A DNA stretch of 11,964 bases from Waddliaceae bacterium. Lineage in GTDB: Bacteria; Chlamydiota; Chlamydiia; Chlamydiales; SLFE01. Position 1 is the stretch's first letter. Each line of letters starts with the position of its first letter. The notes below the pieces were generated by a model. The model saw only the letters and a list, made by a program, of their open reading frames with translations, had not been told where the DNA came from and did no database searches. Shown piece after piece: positions 5,861 to 11,964 of the stretch. A program made the position numbers and the translations under genes. The DNA lies in NCBI GenBank assembly GCA_963783885.1, contig CAWAPJ010000033.1:1-11964 (forward strand), given 5' to 3'.

Positions 5861-7084
5861 TTAAGACGCATCAAGAATTGACTCGATTAGAACAAGTTGC
5901 GAATCTGTTAAAAGGACTGGTTTCCCTTCATTTGTTTTAGCAATATCCTCTGCAAGGATAAGTTGGAAAATCTTGATAATATTCCTCTGTTCTTCCAAGA
6001 ATTTAGGATTCTCTTCGATAAGGTTATAATCTTCTATAAGATCTGAAATGACTTTTGATCTCAGAAAGTTAGAGAATGTTTTGAATTTTTTTTCTGTATT
6101 TTCAAAATCATTGCATTCGATATCTGTTTTGGCATTGGAGATTGCGCTCTTCACGGTTACCATGATTTGTATCAATCCTTTGCTTGCTTTATAGATGCAA
6201 TTGCCAGTCTTTTGCTTTTGCTTTTCAAACTCATCTGATATTTGATTTGTCAAAGATTCAATTTCGTTATAAGTATAGTGGAAATCTTCTTTTGTCAGCT
6301 GGTGTCTTTGGATAATCTTTTCTAAAGAATTTTTCGAAATATCCTTTTCGAGTTTATATATCTTTATGGATTCATAATTCGAATCCCAGTAAATCATTTG
6401 GCGATTAATAAAAGCGAAGGCGACCCCGTGCCAGTTATATCCGCCGATAACAAGCACAGGCTTTTTTCCTGAGTTGACAGCTGCTACAGCATTCGATAAA
6501 CTTTTAGTGGTTATGCGGTGGTGGCTTAAAGTTGAGTTGAAATGCTCTAAGATCCATTGTTTATCGTCTTCAGAAAAATTGCTTGAATGTTTGGAATCGA
6601 AAAACTCTTTCAAATAATTCCACAGGAAGGGATGTAAAAAATCTTCACAACTTCCTTCATAATCATATTTCTTGTTATTCACTGGAAATTTGCCCTTGAA
6701 ATTTAACACATGACCGATAAATTTGTTCCGAATAATTCGATAGAGGTCAGGGTTCACTTTTTTGAGTGTTCTAATATTTTGACGGCTAAAGATTTCAGGA
6801 TTCTGCCAAGCATAAAGGCTGACAATTTTTCGGAATTTTGCAGTCCCTTGAACCTCGCCGAAAGTACCATAACCAGCTCTATCCCGGCTGCCTTCAGGGG
6901 AAAAGCCGGGCGAAGAAGCAATAAGATGATAAGCTGAATTTATGTGCCTGAGATATATCAAATCTGGAATAGATTTTTTGACGGTAACCGTGCTGCAGTT
7001 TCTCAAGGCCATTTTATTATCGGCTTGAACGGGTTTGCCTTTATCACTTTCAAACTTAATTGAACGTATATTATTTATATTCAT
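5861..7084 (-). CDS. Hypothetical protein with a putative His-Asp-Cys cysteine-protease-like domain; candidate secreted effector
   Basis: 407 aa, AT-rich. GGYNWH219GV, IYWD234S and Q291KTGNC296 give the H-D-(Q)-C order. Confidence 0.6.
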   Translation of the reverse strand: MNINNIRSIKFESDKGKPVQADNKMALRNCSTVTVKKSIPDLIYLRHINSAYHLIASSPGFSPEGSRDRAGYGTFGEVQGTAKFRKIVSLYAWQNPEIFSRQNIRTLKKVNPDLYRIIRNKFIGHVLNFKGKFPVNNKKYDYEGSCEDFLHPFLWNYLKEFFDSKHSSNFSEDDKQWILEHFNSTLSHHRITTKSLSNAVAAVNSGKKPVLVIGGYNWHGVAFAFINRQMIYWDSNYESIKIYKLEKDISKNSLEKIIQRHQLTKEDFHYTYNEIESLTNQISDEFEKQKQKTGNCIYKASKGLIQIMVTVKSAISNAKTDIECNDFENTEKKFKTFSNFLRSKVISDLIEDYNLIEENPKFLEEQRNIIKIFQLILAEDIAKTNEGKPVLLTDSQLVLIESILDAS

Positions 7085-7206
7085 ATTTTGTTAAAATTAA
7101 TTAATATTAATTTTAATAAAAAATCGTAAAGAATTAATAAAGATTTAGGCTATGAGGCATCATTGACGGGCATAAGAGGGGCGGACACACGCTAATGGCG
7201 GCATCT

Positions 7207-9558
7207 TTACAGCTGTCTTAAGATTGCAGGATCATTTTTCAATGTAGAGCTGGCATATTCAAGGGCTTCAGAATCCTGTCTTGCGGCAGCTAAAACAACC
7301 TCCCTATCCCTTTTCAATTCATCACTTGCAAACATAAGAGCCAACCCATTTTCCCTTACGGCAGCTAAAACGACATCTTTGTCTGCTCGCAATATGGGGT
7401 CTGCGAATTCTAAATCCAATCCGCCGCCTATAAATATTCCACCAAATGAATCAGACCTGAAGCTTTTTTGAGTGACAGCAGCCAAGACAATATCTTTATC
7501 CTTCCTCAGTCTTGGACTAACATATTCTAGAGCTGCACTGGATTGTCTTACAACTTTCAAAACAAAGTCCCTATCATCTTTTAAACTATCGCTTGCATTC
7601 TTGAATGCAGGACCTGACAGCCTAATAGCTTCTAAGACAATTTCTTTGTCGTTTTTCAGAATTTCATTTGCATATTCAAGGGCATGAAAACTTTGTTGCA
7701 CGGCCTTCAAGACGACATTCCTATCAGCGCGTAATTCTGCGCTCGCAAAGCGAAAAGGGGTTTCCCAAATCTTGCATCTTGTTTGGAGTGCAGCCATAAC
7801 AATTACCTTGTCGCCTTTGAGCCTTTCGCTGGCATGTTGAAGAGCCCAGACGTTCTGTCGCACAGCTGCCAAAACTATTTTACTGTTGTTTTTAAGTCTA
7901 TCGCTAGCATATTGAAGCGATTCTCCATCATTGCAAACGGCTGCCAAAACAACATCTATGTTGTCTTTCAGTTTTTCGCTAGCATTCTTAAGCTCGCATC
8001 CACTCTGTCGCACGGCTGCCAAGACGACCTCTTTGTCATTTTTTAAAATATAGTTCGTATATAGAAGAAGCCGGCCAATGGGTATTCTTCGTGCCTGCAT
8101 TGCTGCAAGAACAATCTCTTTTTTGCATCTGAGCCTAAGGCTAGCATCTTGGAAGGCATTGCCATTTTTTCGAACAGCCGCCAAGACAACATCTCTGTCA
8201 TCTTTTAAACTGTCGCTAGCATATTGAAGCGCCAAACCTCGTTTTCGAACAGCCGCCAAGACAACACCCTTATCATCTCTAAACTCTTTGCTGGCAGCTG
8301 CAAGAGCATTTTTGCCGCAATAATAATAGTCGGATTGAACTGCCGCCAGGACAATGTCTCTTATCCCTTTGAGTCTTTCACTTGCATATTGAAACACGCC
8401 CCCGTTGATTTGCACGGCAGAAAGGATAAAAGCAAAGTCGTCTAAATATTGAGAGTTACCTGGTTTAAGGCTTGTATCCCATATTGTACCACATCTGTCA
8501 CTTTCCATGTATTTCAGGATTCCATTAACAGGAACAGCATTTCTTCTGTTTAATTTTGCCGAAAGAGCAGCTAATGCTACGTCAACGTCTTTTCTAAGGT
8601 CGATATTAATTTTTGGAAAATTCCAACCCGATTGTTTTGCTGCTGCGATGGCTATATCCTTATCAGCTTTTAATCTATTGCTCACAAAATGAAAATTGTG
8701 ACCAGCAGGGCTTTGCAATGCTTCCAAGGCAACTTCTTTGTTATCACGCAGTTTCTTGCTTGCAAATTCAAGAGCATATCCATTGCTTTTCAGGGCTGCT
8801 ATAACAAGGAGTTTATCATCTCTAAATTTTTCATTAGCATACTTAAGAGCATATCCATTTTGTTTTACCGCCGCAAAGACAATGTCCCGTTTTTCTTTCA
8901 ACGCATCGCTTGCATATTGAAGAGCAAGGCCCCATCGGCTTACTGCGGCCAAGATAATGTCGTGGTCATTCCTTAGTTTCTTTCCCGCATACTTTATATT
9001 TTTGCCGTTTTCCATTATGGCAGCAAGGACGATTTCTTTGTTGTCTGAAAATTTGCCTTGCTTTAAAAGATGTATTTTTATTTTGCGGATTTCAAAAAAA
9101 GTTTTGTATTCGAGGCTTTCATACTTATATTGGCTCTTCAAGAATTTCAAGTTTGAAAAGACTTTTAATTTATATTCATTGTAATTATCAGACAGAGCGG
9201 GAAGGCATATAGATTTGGCAAGATCCTTCCATAAGAAAGGATGATTGCTGAGCTGCTCGAAACGCCTGCAGACAAGAGGCAGTTTTATTAATGTTGTAAA
9301 ATCAACATATGAAAATATGTGCAACAAAAGTTCTTCAGCCAAGGAAGAAATGGTCCTTTTGATATTCCACCCCTTAAACTGAATAGCTATTTGGTTAAAT
9401 TCTTCTGATGAAAATAGGCGCGAGTATATTTCTCCGGAAGGTAAACGTGCGACGACACTGATCTGGCTTCCTTCAGGCGAACTATTATCGCATTGACGAT
9501 TTTCAGTGAATGTATAACATTCGGTGGAACTGATGATATTAAGATTATTGGGTTCCAT
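7207..9558 (-). CDS. F-box domain plus DUF4116 tandem-repeat protein; candidate effector
   Basis: F-box ISSLAEELLLHIFSYVDFTTLIKLPLVCRRFEQLSNHPFLW (9351-9229), then 22 repeats of ~25 aa (DKEIVLAAVxQNGxALQYASxxLK). Start placed at ATG 9558 rather than 9636 to leave a divergent intergenic region. Confidence 0.88.
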   Translation of the reverse strand: MEPNNLNIISSTECYTFTENRQCDNSSPEGSQISVVARLPSGEIYSRLFSSEEFNQIAIQFKGWNIKRTISSLAEELLLHIFSYVDFTTLIKLPLVCRRFEQLSNHPFLWKDLAKSICLPALSDNYNEYKLKVFSNLKFLKSQYKYESLEYKTFFEIRKIKIHLLKQGKFSDNKEIVLAAIMENGKNIKYAGKKLRNDHDIILAAVSRWGLALQYASDALKEKRDIVFAAVKQNGYALKYANEKFRDDKLLVIAALKSNGYALEFASKKLRDNKEVALEALQSPAGHNFHFVSNRLKADKDIAIAAAKQSGWNFPKINIDLRKDVDVALAALSAKLNRRNAVPVNGILKYMESDRCGTIWDTSLKPGNSQYLDDFAFILSAVQINGGVFQYASERLKGIRDIVLAAVQSDYYYCGKNALAAASKEFRDDKGVVLAAVRKRGLALQYASDSLKDDRDVVLAAVRKNGNAFQDASLRLRCKKEIVLAAMQARRIPIGRLLLYTNYILKNDKEVVLAAVRQSGCELKNASEKLKDNIDVVLAAVCNDGESLQYASDRLKNNSKIVLAAVRQNVWALQHASERLKGDKVIVMAALQTRCKIWETPFRFASAELRADRNVVLKAVQQSFHALEYANEILKNDKEIVLEAIRLSGPAFKNASDSLKDDRDFVLKVVRQSSAALEYVSPRLRKDKDIVLAAVTQKSFRSDSFGGIFIGGGLDLEFADPILRADKDVVLAAVRENGLALMFASDELKRDREVVLAAARQDSEALEYASSTLKNDPAILRQL
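7234..9045 (-). repeat. Coding tandem array of ~75-bp DUF4116-type repeats (22 units)
   Basis: Protein periodicity of 25 aa. An exact 25-bp DNA match TTTTCGAACAGCCGCCAAGACAACA occurs at 8167-8191 and 8242-8266, 75 bp apart. Confidence 0.9.
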
Positions 9559-9629
9559 ATAAATCTTTCGTTTGATATTAAATATTACATTAATAAGCAT
9601 AAAAACACAAGACTTTTTTCTGAAAAGAA

Positions 9630-9658
9630 TTGACATTTTCCTTAATTAATTACACAAT
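9630..9658 (+). promoter_or_regulatory. Putative sigma70-type promoter for the 9684 gene
   Basis: Perfect -35 TTGACA (9630-9635), 17-bp spacer, -10 CACAAT (9653-9658, 4/6), with an AT-rich upstream region. Confidence 0.55.
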
Positions 9659-9683
9659 TATGTTCAAAAAAAAGAGTGTAATT

Positions 9684-11024
9684 ATGCAGGTATCAAATTC
9701 AGACTTTAGGCTAAGCGTTAACAATCGGAATAGACCTTTAGGTACATTCTATACCGATAAAGAAATCGTGAATGGGATAATCGCTGTTGTCAAGTGGCAT
9801 TATAGTGATTTACCGTCAGGAAATCAGGCTTTGGACATAGTGAAGTCTCGGTGTCAAAACTTTTTTCACAAAGTCAACACAAAGAATTTCTCAACGGCAA
9901 ATCTTACTCTAAATGATTATATAAATTTTTCAAAATTCTTTCATTTAGATGTCCTCGACCACGAGAGTTACTTGAACCGGCTGTGCAATCGGAGGACAGT
10001 TATCGTCAATGATACCTATTTTGAGCTGTGGTCTTCAGATCAGCGGCGCTATATGACAAACAAATTTCAGACAATAACTTTATCTGGTGCCAATGAATCA
10101 CTGACCATCGACGGGAACATCCTTATCTATGAAAGTGATCACTCATTTACTGAAATCAAGTTGCATTATATTGCCAAGTCAGCACTCTACAGCTTACAGA
10201 GAGTTATTGATCAAGAGAAAAAAGTTGCAGCTGAATGGAAAAGGAGGTCTGAAGCTGCTCGTATCAAACAGCAGCAGGAAAGAGCAAGAATTCAGGCAGT
10301 TTACCGAGTGAGCATTCAAAAGCACTTCAAGGATACTTACGGCTTTTTTATCAATAAAGACTATCGGAATATTCAATACCCCACACCTGAAGAACAGCGG
10401 GAGATTCGGGCTCTTGATGCTTATAAACAATCCATCAGTCATATAATCGATAATATGAAGATAATCGACAATCTTTATGAGGGACTTACTCAGGCATTAT
10501 ACAAACACAGACATTCTATTTGGGATATTGTAGCCGGTAAACAATTCACTCAAACTCAAACTGAAAGAATGGCTTATTTAAAGCTTGCTTTTTTTGAACT
10601 GGCGAAAACAGCCTGCAAAAGGAACATTATTATGAACAACTACGATCCGTTGATAAATAAAACATCGGATCTAAGAAATGTTGTACGGACGTCATTTTTG
10701 ATCGATCATCACAGATGCTCTCGATGGTCGCCGGCGAGACTGGGAAAGACCAAACTTCGCAGGGCTCTTGAGCAAAGGATGCAGTTCCAAGATCCTGCCA
10801 CTAACCTTAATTTGCATGTTGTACAATACATTCCAATACCCGGCATGAATCTCCGCCTGTTCATACCTAGAGATTTACAAATTAATTCTGCAGACAGAAA
10901 CTCTTACTTTGGAGCGCTGATGGAGCGGAGAGTTACAGGCGGTTACGATCATGGATTGTCTATACAGGTTTTAATGTCTTGTCGGAATTTTTTTTCAAGG
11001 TCTAATTTGGCATATCTTCCTTAA
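9684..11024 (+). CDS. Hypothetical protein with a central charged helix/coiled coil
   Basis: Long ORF with no recognised family; segment LQRVIDQEKKVAAEWKRRSEAARIKQQQERARIQ. ATG 9684 is preferred because it lies downstream of the putative promoter. Confidence 0.75.
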   Translation: MQVSNSDFRLSVNNRNRPLGTFYTDKEIVNGIIAVVKWHYSDLPSGNQALDIVKSRCQNFFHKVNTKNFSTANLTLNDYINFSKFFHLDVLDHESYLNRLCNRRTVIVNDTYFELWSSDQRRYMTNKFQTITLSGANESLTIDGNILIYESDHSFTEIKLHYIAKSALYSLQRVIDQEKKVAAEWKRRSEAARIKQQQERARIQAVYRVSIQKHFKDTYGFFINKDYRNIQYPTPEEQREIRALDAYKQSISHIIDNMKIIDNLYEGLTQALYKHRHSIWDIVAGKQFTQTQTERMAYLKLAFFELAKTACKRNIIMNNYDPLINKTSDLRNVVRTSFLIDHHRCSRWSPARLGKTKLRRALEQRMQFQDPATNLNLHVVQYIPIPGMNLRLFIPRDLQINSADRNSYFGALMERRVTGGYDHGLSIQVLMSCRNFFSRSNLAYLP

Positions 11025-11039
11025 CCATAATTGTTTAGA

Positions 11040-11741
11040 CTATATAAGGGGGCCTGATACGCGGCTTACCACTTGAAGACGGCGCTGCTCAAACTGTTTT
11101 TTTGCCTCAGAATGCTCAAGTTCGGCTTTTTTGCATTTGGAATATAGTTCGGCGACATGAGCCTGATGTTGAGGGTTGTTCAAATTGAGCGAAGAAGGAT
11201 CGCCTGTTTTTTCCAGCTTGTTAAATTCTTCGAATTCGAGGATATCAAGCAACTCGGCCAGATGCTTATTCATTTCTTTATAGGCTTTAGATTTTTTTTC
11301 AGAAATACTGGCTGCTTGGGAGTCTAGCTGTTCTATCTTCATTTTTCCTAAATCGATTGGGTTTACGCGGCTGGAGGTTATCCCTTTATCGACCTTGAAA
11401 AATACTGAAGAATAGCCGGGCCTTGGCATCGCAATGCGGCGAGCTCCATTGTCCATATCTACCTCTCCAAACTCGATGTTGACGACACCTTGAATTTTGC
11501 CCACAGTCTTGATCCCTAGAAAATTCGACCTATGGTTAGTGAACCGGCTTAAACCAATCAAATTGTGTTTGGAAAAATCGATTTCTGAAGCGATTTTTTC
11601 TGCCGATAGAGATCTGTTGACACATAGGTTGGTCAATTCCTCTTTGTTTCGCACAACCGAGAAAATGGTGCCCGGTGAATTCTGAAAATCCCTTTTGGTG
11701 TGTCCAATGACTGTATAGGGGATATGTTGTTGATTAACCAT
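11040..11741 (-). CDS. Hypothetical protein: N-terminal PrcB C-terminal-like domain plus C-terminal coiled coil
   Basis: AAGGA RBS upstream. VVRNKEEL...EIDFSKHNLIGL...SVFFKVDK resembles the PrcB-C pattern (V.I.s.eel...IDFsk..vi.v...y.ivkv.k). Helical heptads follow residue ~133. The gene is well supported; the domain call is tentative. Confidence 0.65.
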   Translation of the reverse strand: MVNQQHIPYTVIGHTKRDFQNSPGTIFSVVRNKEELTNLCVNRSLSAEKIASEIDFSKHNLIGLSRFTNHRSNFLGIKTVGKIQGVVNIEFGEVDMDNGARRIAMPRPGYSSVFFKVDKGITSSRVNPIDLGKMKIEQLDSQAASISEKKSKAYKEMNKHLAELLDILEFEEFNKLEKTGDPSSLNLNNPQHQAHVAELYSKCKKAELEHSEAKKQFEQRRLQVVSRVSGPLI

Positions 11742-11964
11742 AAATTCCTTAAGTTAAATTAACCTTATCAGATAGATAACAGTTTTTCTATCATTTAGGC
11801 AACAGAATCTATCGTTTAGATGTAAAATCATATATTGTCAATTTCATGATCCAATGCGGCTTAGGATTGAAGGAAGGGGTATATTGTTCAAGTTTTTTGA
11901 ATCCGGCCTTTTCATAAACATGAACGGCTTTATGATTGTTGATTTTCGGATCAATCAAGTTTTA

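Noticed and set aside
7472-9184. Multiple short plus-strand ORFs
   Set aside because: They are antisense shadows of the repetitive DUF4116 gene.
9559-9683. Overlapping upstream starts at 9636 (-) and 9630 (+)
   Set aside because: They would remove the divergent intergenic region, and the TTG at 9630 is part of a -35 TTGACA box.
11770-11820. Imperfect repeats (AACAG...TCTATC.TTTAG twice) upstream of the 11741 gene
   Set aside because: Too short and degenerate in AT-rich DNA to support a regulatory call.

Overview
AT-rich accessory region of a bacterial chromosome. The gene content (F-box plus DUF4116 repeat protein, protease-like orphan, NlpC/P60 protein) suggests an amoeba- or eukaryote-associated intracellular bacterium such as an environmental chlamydia; this is inference. 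Left to right: the frameshifted 5' end of a YeeE/YedE gene (-), an aldo/keto reductase, an alpha/beta hydrolase, a putative outer-membrane beta-barrel, an NlpC/P60-like protein (-), a truncated choloylglycine hydrolase/penicillin V acylase, a small secreted pentapeptide-repeat protein (-), a 608-bp IS5/IS903-group remnant with a perfect 9-bp target duplication, an EamA/DMT transporter (-), and a cluster of four effector-like or orphan genes. The main finding is the IS remnant. It holds a divergently oriented GxxExxY (PD-(D/E)xK-type) gene fragment, and its ~59-bp inverted ends fuse IS903-type IRs to 9-bp-period CACnGAG repeats. This points to a composite IS5-transposase + GxxExxY mobile element.
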